DNA from: Alphaproteobacteria bacterium
Lineage (GTDB): Bacteria; Pseudomonadota; Alphaproteobacteria; GCA-2731375
Length of the DNA: 64,000 bases
Assembly: GCA_965232515.1 (NCBI GenBank)
Contig: CBDDPY010000002.1
Span: 6,656,001-6,720,000, forward strand
Direction: 5' to 3'
Numbering within the stretch: position 1 is the stretch's first letter; each line of letters opens with the position of its first letter. A program made the position numbers and the translations under genes. This document shows positions 1 through 8,272 of this stretch, piece by piece. The notes beneath the pieces were generated by a model that was not told where the DNA came from, did not search any database, and was given only the letters and a program-made list of their open reading frames with translations.

Positions 1-628
1 GATGCGCCACCACCATGCGCCCCGCGGCATGCTGCGGCGCGCGCCGCGCCATCTCTTGCGTCACGTATTCGTACGACAGGCCGTGAAAGCCGTAGCGCCG
101 GATGCCCGCGTCGTAGTAGGCGCGCGGCAGCCCGAAGGTGTCGTTGACCCAGGGATGCTTGCGGTGAAACGCCGTGTCGAAGCAGGCGACCTGCCGCGCG
201 TCTGGAAAGCAGGTCCTGGCCGCGTGCACGCCCGAGAGGTTGTGCGGCTGGTGCAGCGGCGCCAGCGGCACCAGTTTCTCGAGCGCGTCGAGCGTGTCGT
301 CGGTCAAGAGTACCGGCTCGGCATAGTCCATGCCGCCATGCACCACCCGGTGGCCGACGACCGCCACGCTGATGTCCGGAAAGCGGCTCTCCAGCAGCGC
401 CAGGATCGCGCCCAGCGCCGCCGCGTGGTCGGCCATCCCGGCCGCGTCGAAATCCCGTTCGGCGAGCGGACCGCCGACGCCGTCCCTCGCGGTCAAGCGC
501 GGCGCCGCGCCCAGGCCCTCGACTTGTCCGCGGGCGAGCTCCGTCAGAGCGCCGTCGGCCGCAAACAGCGCGAACTTGATCGAGGACGAGCCGGCGTTCA
601 GCGTCAGGATCTGTTCGGTCGCGGCCAT
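1..628 (-). CDS. ackA: Acetate/propionate kinase (N-terminal part; runs off window edge)
   Basis: Not in the ORF track. Hand translation of the minus strand from ATG at 628 gives MAATEQILTLNAGSSSIKFALF...VGHRVVHGG...LAPLHQPHN...ACFDTAFH...RRYGFHGLSY, the canonical acetate kinase motifs. Confidence 0.95.
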   Translation of the reverse strand, partial: MAATEQILTLNAGSSSIKFALFAADGALTELARGQVEGLGAAPRLTARDGVGGPLAERDFDAAGMADHAAALGAILALLESRFPDISVAVVGHRVVHGGMDYAEPVLLTDDTLDALEKLVPLAPLHQPHNLSGVHAARTCFPDARQVACFDTAFHRKHPWVNDTFGLPRAYYDAGIRRYGFHGLSYEYVTQEMARRAPQHAAGRMVVAH

Positions 629-762
629 GCGCGCGAGTATAGCGGCAACCCCGCCGTCATGCCGGCGCCGCTAAAGAGGGTCGGCATGTAGCGAAATCAA
701 GCGGAACAGGTGGTGATCCCGGCCATCGGACGCCTCGCTCCGGCGACAGCCCCCTGACCACG

Positions 763-856
763 GTCATACCGGCGCAGGCCGGTATCCATGGGCTTCCGAC
801 GGCCAGCGCACTGCTCGCCGACGAGGCACATGGATGCCGGCCTGCGCCGGCATGAC
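763..856. repeat. REP-like inverted-repeat element
   Basis: GTCATACCGGCGCAGGCCGGTATCCA (763) pairs with TGGATGCCGGCCTGCGCCGGCATGAC (831-856) as a near-perfect inverted repeat. A partial copy GTCATGCCGGCGC lies at 656. Confidence 0.75.
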
Positions 857-939
857 GACGGTAAGGCGGAGATGCCCAATGTGGTCAGGTTATCGTTCGC
901 AGACATCGTCAACGAACCGTCGCCGCCCGCCGGTCCCCA

Positions 940-1704
940 TTAGCCGACGATGTGATAGCCCCCGTCGATGTAGTGCACGCCGCCCGTGACGTTCGCGGCC
1001 TCGGCGCTGGCCAGGAAGGCGGCATAGGCGCCGACGTCCTCGATGCTCGCCAGTTGCTGCGTCGGCGCCCGCGCTGCGGCCCGGTCCAGCAGCTCGTCGA
1101 AATCCCCGATGCCGGACGCCGCGCGCGTCTTCAGCGGCCCCGGCGACAGCGCGTGCACTGAGATCTTCTTGGGCCCCAGCTCGGCCGCCATGTAGCGTGT
1201 GACCGATTCCAGCGCCGCCTTCACCGGCCCCATGATGTTGTAGTTCTCGACCACTTTCTCCGAGCCGTAAAACGACACTGTCATGCAGGTCCCGCCTTGC
1301 GGCATCAGCGGCTCGGCCCGCCGCACCATTTGCAAAAACGAATAGACCGAGATGTCCATCGCCGTGACGAAGCCGCTGTGCGAGCAGTCGACGACCCGCG
1401 CGTGCAGGTCGTCGCGCGGGCAGAAGGCGATCGAATGCAAACAAATATCCAGCCCGCCCCAGGTCTGGCGGATGGCGTCGAACACGTGCGCAAACTGCGC
1501 GTCCGCCCGCACGTCCAGCGGCAGCACGATCTCCGCCCCCAGCTTGTCCGCCAGCGGCCTGACGTGCTGCTCGGCCTTCTCGTTCAGATAGGTAACGGCG
1601 AGATCCGCGCCCTGGTCCCGAAACGCCTTCGCGCAGCCATAGGCAATCGACTGCTCATTGGCGATCCCCACCACCAGCGCCTTCTTGCCTTCAAGCGAAA
1701 ACAT
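940..1704 (-). CDS. fabI: Enoyl-ACP reductase FabI
   Basis: LEGKKALVVGIANEQSIAYG, LHSIAF, YNIMGPVKAALES and GPLKTRAASGI motifs. ATG at 1704 preceded by GAGG. Confidence 0.93.
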   Translation of the reverse strand: MFSLEGKKALVVGIANEQSIAYGCAKAFRDQGADLAVTYLNEKAEQHVRPLADKLGAEIVLPLDVRADAQFAHVFDAIRQTWGGLDICLHSIAFCPRDDLHARVVDCSHSGFVTAMDISVYSFLQMVRRAEPLMPQGGTCMTVSFYGSEKVVENYNIMGPVKAALESVTRYMAAELGPKKISVHALSPGPLKTRAASGIGDFDELLDRAAARAPTQQLASIEDVGAYAAFLASAEAANVTGGVHYIDGGYHIVG

Positions 1705-1982
1705 GCCCTCGACCCCGCAGCCCCGCGCCACCGTATGGCCCGCGATTGTGCAGTGCACAAGGTACCGGTCGAACATGACACATCAGCGTCACGCGTGTGA
1801 CAGGGGTGGGAAGGGGTGAAGCGAAGAGTAGTGACCAATTCCCAGATGATGTGCGAAGATATTGTACATTCTCTGGGGTCGATAAGGATGCAATGGTAAG
1901 CCTCACCGGGTTTCTTTAGCGAAACAGAAAATTTGGACTTGATTTGTAGGGGGCGCCGATCATTTGCGGCCCGTTTTTGCAC

Positions 1983-2597
1983 TCAGAGATCCCGATCCTT
2001 CATGAATTGCATCCGATCACTAAGGAAGTAAATGCCCAAAAACATCGCGCAGATGATTTGCCAAAGAAAGACAAAGAAGATAAAAACTATCACATACTTG
2101 AATATAAGAAAAACATACATTGGAGATCCAAGGTTTTCAAAAATGTGACGAAATGGTACATATCTCGAAAAATTAATTAATATAAACATGCAAATTGCGC
2201 TGAAGCACAAATATCCAAATAAAAAACAAACAAATTGTCTGCGAGATAAGGGGTGCTCAATTAAATCTCCTGTATCTGATTTTCTTAGAATTATAATTGC
2301 CGGCTCGCCTTTCATTATATCATCCAAACCTTCTCTATTAAAAGTTGCGACTGCCGCCAGTGCGGCGATAAAAAAAGCAATCAAAAGTTCAATAAGGCTC
2401 AAAAACCTTACGACTAGACCGTCATCTCCTAGAAGGATAATGTTATCTCTAAATATATAAATTGAGAATGTTGTAACTCCCGAAAGTAAAATCGGCAAAA
2501 TCCAATCATAAACTCTCTTCGATCTCCAAAAAGAGCTACCCTGTTCAATTTTCAGATACTTAACAGGGTTGAATATTTGATTGATTGCCCAGTACAT
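1983..2597 (-). CDS. Hypothetical 4-TM membrane protein (AT-rich cassette, gene 2)
   Basis: Four hydrophobic segments (WILPILLSGVTTFSIYIF; FLSLIELLIAFFIAALAAVATF; FVCFLFGYLCFSAICMFILINF; VIVFIFFVFLWQIICAMFLGIYFL). ATG at 2597 is 2 nt after the upstream stop; GTG at 2606 is an alternative start. Confidence 0.85.
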   Translation of the reverse strand: MYWAINQIFNPVKYLKIEQGSSFWRSKRVYDWILPILLSGVTTFSIYIFRDNIILLGDDGLVVRFLSLIELLIAFFIAALAAVATFNREGLDDIMKGEPAIIILRKSDTGDLIEHPLSRRQFVCFLFGYLCFSAICMFILINFSRYVPFRHIFENLGSPMYVFLIFKYVIVFIFFVFLWQIICAMFLGIYFLSDRMQFMKDRDL

Positions 2598-2599
2598 TG

Positions 2600-3631
2600 C
2601 TACCACATAACATCGTTATCTATAATTCCCTTCATTTTTTCTTCGATTTCGGAATCGATCGTCGCATAGCAGCCTTCCAGAAATCGGCTAAACCCCGTCA
2701 TTCGTTGGGAACGGACGTATAGTGTTTCGGCAGCATCGGCGACATCCAGGCTAAACCGTGGTGAGACGCTCGCACCTCCTGGTAAGTCGCGAATATTAAA
2801 TTTTATTTCAGTATACCCTTCATCTATGGCACGGCGTGATATTCGTGGAATAAAATCCAATATAGTTTCACGAGATACAGGTTTTGTTTTTATTTCCACA
2901 TAATCTTCCATTCTTTGAACTAAACCTTCAGTATCAATTCCAGAAAACTTGCTTTGTTGTCTTATAAGTGTGATGCTTGATAAAACTCCCTTTTCGAGAT
3001 CTGCTTTTAGATTATCGGAAGGATTTTTCTCAATATTCAGGCGTGGAATATACCTGCGTTTTTCGATTATCGTTTTCTTTCCTTTTTTTACTGGCTGATC
3101 ATACAAATAATGATCTGATTTGCTCGCGTATCTAGCCAGAATATGTTTTAATAGAAGATCTGCATACGTACTAGAAACTGACGGCATTCGCTCAAAAATA
3201 GCTCGGTAGCTATTTGAGCTGGACAACGAATTAATACCGATAACCAGATGAGCAGACGCGCCAGGAACTTCTGATTCATTCGGTTCAACAATGACTACAT
3301 CTCTGGAATCGGTATCGATGAGAGCGGGATTAACCCGCTGAGGATCGCCTCTATTTATTAGGATTGTGAAATAATTTCCGTCTTCGCTGCGCTGCATATC
3401 TGCAATATAAATCTGGTTTTTATCATCGATGTCGACTCTATCGTCCTCGTTGTTTGGATCGAGTACTCTGCCGCCTTCAGACAAGAAAATTGACGCACGA
3501 TTGGCGCGATATTGGTCTTCTAATATTTCAAGGATTTCGCCAAGTTCGACCGATTTGGCAATCTTTCTAGGAATGGGGGTTGGCTTTACATGCCAAAGAA
3601 ATACCTGTCGTTCTGTTTTCAACGCAACCAT
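2600..3631 (-). CDS. Hypothetical 343-aa soluble protein (AT-rich cassette, gene 1)
   Basis: Long ORF in AT-rich DNA. ATG at 3631 (MVALKTERQ) is preceded by AGGAG. The frame stays open upstream to GTG at 3976. Confidence 0.85.
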   Translation of the reverse strand: MVALKTERQVFLWHVKPTPIPRKIAKSVELGEILEILEDQYRANRASIFLSEGGRVLDPNNEDDRVDIDDKNQIYIADMQRSEDGNYFTILINRGDPQRVNPALIDTDSRDVVIVEPNESEVPGASAHLVIGINSLSSSNSYRAIFERMPSVSSTYADLLLKHILARYASKSDHYLYDQPVKKGKKTIIEKRRYIPRLNIEKNPSDNLKADLEKGVLSSITLIRQQSKFSGIDTEGLVQRMEDYVEIKTKPVSRETILDFIPRISRRAIDEGYTEIKFNIRDLPGGASVSPRFSLDVADAAETLYVRSQRMTGFSRFLEGCYATIDSEIEEKMKGIIDNDVMW

Positions 3632-3991
3632 GTTGCACTCCTGCTCAAGTCCTTCCAACTTTGAGTAGAGCAGGGCCGAGAGCAGAAGTCTAGTTCGACG
3701 GTTGTTTTTACGCAAAAGCGCTCGCTTGTTTATGCCAACAGGCGAACTTATCTGAGGGCGAGAACTGTTTTTGAGTGCGAAGGTTGGCTTTCTTAATGGT
3801 TTTACTTTTGCATGCTTAGGTGTGCATCGAGCCTGTAGTGAGGTTGCAAATTCTGACGCTATGCTGTTAGCCATGGAGGTACCGATGCCCCTTGGGCTGC
3901 ATCCGATCATCGGTCTTAGGACCTCTAAGAGTGCTCGGCGGTCAACTAACTGCCATCCATATACGGTGCCTAGCACCCATCATTGAGACAG

Positions 3992-4024
3992 GAACATAAT
4001 AGGAACATTTTTAACCTCTGTAAA
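3992..4024 (-). promoter_or_regulatory. LexA (SOS) box overlapping a sigma70-type promoter
   Basis: GAAC-ATAATAG-GAAC at 3992-4006 matches the alphaproteobacterial LexA consensus GAAC-N7-GAAC. On the minus strand, TTTACA (4024-4019)-N17-TATTAT (4001-3996), with the -10 inside the box. Confidence 0.75.
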
Positions 4025-4043
4025 GTTAGTCGGCCTGTTGCGG

Positions 4044-4209
4044 GACTGTTCCATGATCGTCGGCCCGCAGAACGAACGGCTCGCCGGCTATCATGACCGC
4101 ATTGCCGGCGATCCTTCGACCCGCCGACTGCGGCGCCAGGCTCGCCGTACCAGTCAAGGACCTGCTCCGCCCCTACAACGGCGACCTTAAAGTCGAAGCC
4201 CCCGACTGA
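4044..4209 (+). pseudogene. C-terminal remnant of an SOS-response-associated peptidase (SRAP/YedK-like)
   Basis: DCSMIVGPQNERLAGYHDR, then a 1-nt insertion at about 4102 (cgc-attg-ccg), then (M)PAILRPADCGARLAVPVKDLLRPYNGDLKVEAPD*. This matches the SRAP HDRMPxIL...LLRPY motif; the N-terminus is absent. Confidence 0.7.
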
Positions 4210-4250
4210 TCGGCGCCGCGACCCGCGCCGGCCGAAAAGAGGGGACAAGA

Positions 4251-4470
4251 ACCGCCAAGACGCCAAGAAGAGAGAAAAATGGTGTTTCGCAGGCCATGAC
4301 GTTGATGTGCTCAGCGTCAGCGCATCCCAGGAATCTTGGTCTCTTGGCGGTGAATCCATTTTTTGGTTCCCTCCACACCGCTGGGCGCATAAGGGAGCCC
4401 ACCGGGGTTCACCGTTGCCTTGCTCAGCGCTTACGCCAACCCACCGGGTTCACGGTCGGTTCGCACCCTT
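4251..4470. repeat. Composite repeat, copy 1 (ACCGCCAAG inverted pair plus ~41-bp hairpin units)
   Basis: Inverted arms at 4251-4267 and 4335-4351 (15/17 match). The unit TGCTCAGCGCTTACGCCAACCCACCGGGTTCACGG... is at 4421-4470, with a degenerate unit at about 4380-4420. Confidence 0.8.
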
Positions 4471-4527
4471 CGCGTCTTTGTGGTGAAACCGGTCCTGGAG
4501 GAATGAACACCTTATATAACGAGCGAC

Positions 4528-5220
4528 ATGCAGTCGTTTGGACCGAACATATGGACGATGAAGGGCGACGATGTCCGCATGTACGGCGTGCTGCCGTTCA
4601 CGACGCGGATGACGGTCGTCCGGCTGGAAGCGGGTGGGGTGTGGCTTCACTCGCCCGTGCGGCCGACGCCGGAACGTCAGCGCGCCGTTGACGAGCTGGG
4701 CCGGGTCCAGCATCTCGTCGCGCCCAACAAGATCCATAGCCTCGGCATCGCGCCCTGGCAGGCGTTGCACCCGTCGGCTAAGGTCTGGGCCTCGCCGGGG
4801 TTCAACAAGCGTCATCCCGATATCGCCGTCGACGCGGTGCTGACGAACGACGTTGATGCCCCCTGGCGCGGCGACATCGATGTTTGCGTGATCGATGGAC
4901 ATGGCCTTCTGGACGAGGTCGCGTTTCTGCACAAGCCCTCGCGCACGCTCATCATCACGGATGTCATCCAGAAGCATGACGCCGCCGGCGAGTCCTGGGT
5001 CTGGCGCGGCGTCAAGGGCATGGCGGGCATCCTGGGCAAGGACGGCGGCGTGCCGCTCGATATCAGGCTCAGCGTTCGGGACAAGACGGTGGTGCGGCGA
5101 AGCATCGACACGATTCTAGGCTGGGATTTCGACAATCTCATCATCGCCCACGGCCATTGCCGGCAAGGCGGCGCCAAAGAAGACGTCGCCCGTGCCTTCG
5201 CTTGGCTCGCCGGCGCTTAA
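4528..5220 (+). CDS. DUF4336 family protein (metallo-beta-lactamase-like)
   Basis: TRMTVVRL..GGVWLHSP, LVAPNKIH, EVAFLHKPSRTLIITD and WDFDNLIIAHG motifs. Confidence 0.85.
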   Translation: MQSFGPNIWTMKGDDVRMYGVLPFTTRMTVVRLEAGGVWLHSPVRPTPERQRAVDELGRVQHLVAPNKIHSLGIAPWQALHPSAKVWASPGFNKRHPDIAVDAVLTNDVDAPWRGDIDVCVIDGHGLLDEVAFLHKPSRTLIITDVIQKHDAAGESWVWRGVKGMAGILGKDGGVPLDIRLSVRDKTVVRRSIDTILGWDFDNLIIAHGHCRQGGAKEDVARAFAWLAGA

Positions 5221-5253
5221 CGACTCATCGGAAGGGAGGGGAAAGAAGGAAGA

Positions 5254-5487
5254 ACCGCCAAGGCGCCAAGACGCCAACGGGTCGAAAAGGCATCGCCGCT
5301 GATGTCATTATCGGCACGGTCCGATAAACCCCTCCACGTTTTCCTTCTTGGTGTCTTGGCGCCTTGGCGGTCAAAAATGTTTGTTTTCCTTCTCGGTGCT
5401 CAGCGTTTACGCGAACCCGCTGGGTTCACGGTCGCCGTGCTCAGCGCTTACGCGAACCCACCGGGTTCACGTTCGCTTCGCACCCTT
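5254..5487. repeat. Composite repeat, copy 2
   Basis: Inverted arms at 5254-5277 and 5348-5371 (23/24 match). Tandem units at 5397-5437 and 5438-5487; the latter is 47/50 identical to 4421-4470. Confidence 0.8.
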
Positions 5488-5635
5488 GGCGCGTGACATC
5501 CGCCAGATGCCGCGCGGATTGAACGACTGCTGACATGATGCTGGCAACGGCAGCCTGCCATTAAGGCACGATCGGGCGCGGGCCGCCGACGCGTCGAACG
5601 CTTCGATAGCGGCAACATCGACCCGGAGAATAGCC

Positions 5636-6118
5636 ATGCCGTCCATGCCCCGCCTTGACCCGATGCTGTGCGACGCGACCGGTGAGCTGGTGCTGCGGCG
5701 GGCGACGGAGGATGACAGCGACTACGCCTTCGCGATGCGAAAGGCCGCGTTCCGGGTCTACGTCGACAGGAGCGGCGGCTGGGATGAGCAGGCGGAGCGG
5801 CGCCGGCATGAACGCAGTTTCGCCGTTCACGACTACCGCGTGATCTGCCTGCGTGGCGAAGCCCGGGGCATCGTCTCGCTCGACCTGTCCGGCGACCGTT
5901 TCAAGATCAACCAGATCTTCCTCGCGCCGGCGCAGCAGAGGCAGGGCATCGGCGGGCGATGCATGGCGTTGCTGATCGCCGAAGCGCGGCGTCTCGACCT
6001 GCCCGTCCTGTTGCGCGTGATGAAGGTCAATCCCCGCGCCAGGGCGCTCTACGAGCGCCTCGATTTCCAGGTCACCGACGAAACCGACACGCACGTCGTC
6101 ATGGAGAAGCGCCACTGA
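5636..6118 (+). CDS. GNAT family N-acetyltransferase
   Basis: IFLAPAQQRQGIG acetyl-CoA-binding motif and NPRARALYERLDF. GGAGA RBS. Confidence 0.88.
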   Translation: MPSMPRLDPMLCDATGELVLRRATEDDSDYAFAMRKAAFRVYVDRSGGWDEQAERRRHERSFAVHDYRVICLRGEARGIVSLDLSGDRFKINQIFLAPAQQRQGIGGRCMALLIAEARRLDLPVLLRVMKVNPRARALYERLDFQVTDETDTHVVMEKRH

Positions 6119-6258
6119 TCCGCCGGGTCGGGCGCACGGCGGCGTCGCCAAGTCGGGCCGTCGGCACGTCACACGCCATCCGCCCGCCATTGCCGGACGC
6201 GCGCGAGCGATACACACTGCCGCCAACCGACATGCACAAGCCGGGAAGGGGACGCGGC

Positions 6259-6903
6259 ATGGACCGACAGGCCGACTGGTATTTCGATTACGTCTCGCCC
6301 TACGCCTATCTGCAGTTCATGAACTTCGGCCGGCTGCCGGCCGATCTCGCGGTGCGGCCGGTGCCGGTGTTGTTCGCCGGCCTGCTTGGCCATTGGAACA
6401 ATATGGGCCCGGCCGAGATCCCGGCGAAGCGGCGACAGACCTACCGTTACTGCCACTGGCTGGCGGCGAAGCGGAGCGTGCCGTTCCGGACGCCGCCGCG
6501 GCATCCGTTCAATCCGCTGGCCGTGCTGCGGCTGACAACAGCGCTCGGGTCCACGGCCGAGGTCGTGGGCGCGGTGTTCCGGCATATCTGGGGCACGGGC
6601 AACGACGGGCAGGATCCGGCGAGCCTCGCCGCGCTCGCCGCCGATCTTGGCATCGGCGACTGGCAGACGCGCATTGACGACCCGGCCGTGAAATCAGCGC
6701 TGCGCGCCAATACCGATGCCGCCATCGCCCGCGGCGTCTTCGGCATCCCCACGTTCGCGGTCGACGACGAGCTGTTCTGGGGCGAGGACGTCACCGACAT
6801 GCTGCTCGACTACCTCGCCGACCCCGACACTTTCCGCAAGGGCGAATGGACACGCCTCGCCAACCTCCCCACCGCCGCCGAACGCCGCCAAAGCCGGCTC
6901 TGA
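6259..6903 (+). CDS. 2-hydroxychromene-2-carboxylate isomerase / DsbA-GST-kappa family protein
   Basis: WYFDYVSPYAYL and GVFGIPTFAVDDELFWGED motifs. ATG at 6259. Confidence 0.88.
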   Translation: MDRQADWYFDYVSPYAYLQFMNFGRLPADLAVRPVPVLFAGLLGHWNNMGPAEIPAKRRQTYRYCHWLAAKRSVPFRTPPRHPFNPLAVLRLTTALGSTAEVVGAVFRHIWGTGNDGQDPASLAALAADLGIGDWQTRIDDPAVKSALRANTDAAIARGVFGIPTFAVDDELFWGEDVTDMLLDYLADPDTFRKGEWTRLANLPTAAERRQSRL

Positions 6904-7065
6904 GCTTGCGGCCATGTCTCACGCGCCTGAAGCGGAAACCGGGACGGCCCGGCGTCGCCGGGCGAGGGCAAGCGAGAGGGCGAAGAGACCAACACCGAGC
7001 AGGGTAAGCGAGCCGGGAGCCGGCACCGACCGGCGCAAGGAGGGGCAAGGCCGTTCGCCACCCGG

Positions 7066-7842
7066 CTAGGCGGCCCTGACGAACACCAGCTTGTTGATGT
7101 TCCGCCGGTCCGGCACCAGGTCGTCAAGCAAGCGCGTCACCGGCAACGCCATGGTCATGAGCAGGCGCTGCGCGGACCCGAACGCCTCGCCCTCGCGGTG
7201 CGCGCGCCGGCCGAAGACCGCGTTCAGCAGCCGCCAGACGCCGTTGCTGACCCGCGTTTTCAGGCTGTAGCGGTGCCGCAGCGTGAAGCCGTTTTGCGCA
7301 AACAGCTCGGCATAGATCTCGAGCCGCCGCGCCAGATAGGAGGTGTCGCGCGTGAGTTCGTCGTCGCCGATGGCTTCCATGACGACGACCTCGGACCGCG
7401 TCACGCGACAGATATCGGCGACCAGCGTGGTCAACATGGCGCCATCGGTGCAGTGCTGCAGCACGGTCGCGGTAAACGCCACGTCGACCGACCGTTCGTC
7501 GAGCGGAAGATGCGCGCCGTCCGACTTGTGAACGGTGACAGCGACGTCGCAATCGGCCGTCCCCGCCTTGGCGAGCGCCACCATGTCGGCCGAAATATCG
7601 CAGCCGATCAGCGCCTCGGGCGCCCTGTGGCCGGCCAGCCAGGCCAGATTGCCGCCCGGACCGCAGCCGACCTCGAGCACCGTCTTGCGGTCGACGTCGA
7701 CCTTTGCGAGGCAGGCGTTCAGGAACTTGGCGCGTCGATATCGGTGGAACGGGTCGTCGTCGCCGGCCACGACGTTGCCTGCGTCGCGCCGTCCGATTTC
7801 CGATGCGACCCGTGACCAGTACGCTTCAGCGTCATAAGCCAA
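7066..7842 (-). CDS. Class I SAM-dependent methyltransferase
   Basis: VLEVGCGPG, GCDISADM and VDVAFTATVLQH motifs. Confidence 0.85.
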   Translation of the reverse strand: MAYDAEAYWSRVASEIGRRDAGNVVAGDDDPFHRYRRAKFLNACLAKVDVDRKTVLEVGCGPGGNLAWLAGHRAPEALIGCDISADMVALAKAGTADCDVAVTVHKSDGAHLPLDERSVDVAFTATVLQHCTDGAMLTTLVADICRVTRSEVVVMEAIGDDELTRDTSYLARRLEIYAELFAQNGFTLRHRYSLKTRVSNGVWRLLNAVFGRRAHREGEAFGSAQRLLMTMALPVTRLLDDLVPDRRNINKLVFVRAA

Positions 7843-7960
7843 AACAAACCCCCAACGTCCGCCATCGAGGGATGATCGCGTTTAGGATATCGCATTGCGC
7901 GACCGTTCGCAGCCCGGTCTTTTGAGCACCGTCATATGGCGTGCGAACACGGCGGGCGGC

Positions 7961-8026
7961 GACCCGGTGATCCAGAACCGTGCCTTGATCGGGCGTTGCC
8001 TGGATTGCCGGATCGAGTGCGGCAAC
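7961..8026. repeat. Degenerate REP-like palindromic element
   Basis: CCGGTGATCCAG...CTGGATTGCCGG inverted pair, followed by ATCGAGTGCGGCAAC; resembles the alphaproteobacterial TGGATTGCCGG...GGCAATGAC repeats. Confidence 0.45.
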
Positions 8027-8272
8027 GGCGACGATGGGACGCGTTCGTCCGGGAGACTGACCGGGCAACATTTCGACACTTTCGGAACAATCGAAACGGC
8101 CGGGATTTCCGCCATTCTTAGTTCTTGACGGTTCCTGTGCATGGGGTTGTTCCGCGATCTCCGCTGCGCGTACCCCCCCCCCGGCGAGCACGCACGGCCA
8201 TACGGGGCGGGAACGGGTGAGACGGGCTTGCCCCGCCGTAGCTCGCAGAGCGTAGGCGGGCGGGCGGGCTTG

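Noticed and set aside
2-691. 229-aa + strand ORF in the track
   Set aside because: It is the antisense shadow of ackA, which shows clear motifs on the minus strand.
5215-5345. Integron attC site after DUF4336 (GCTTAAC at the stop)
   Set aside because: No complementary GTTRRRY or attC stem downstream, and no integrase.
4380-5487. CRISPR array from the ~41-bp hairpin units
   Set aside because: Only two adjacent units per locus, no unique spacers of regular length, and no cas genes.
6905-7065. Purine-skewed intergenic stretch as sRNA or MITE
   Set aside because: I could not identify terminal repeats, a second copy, a promoter or a terminator.
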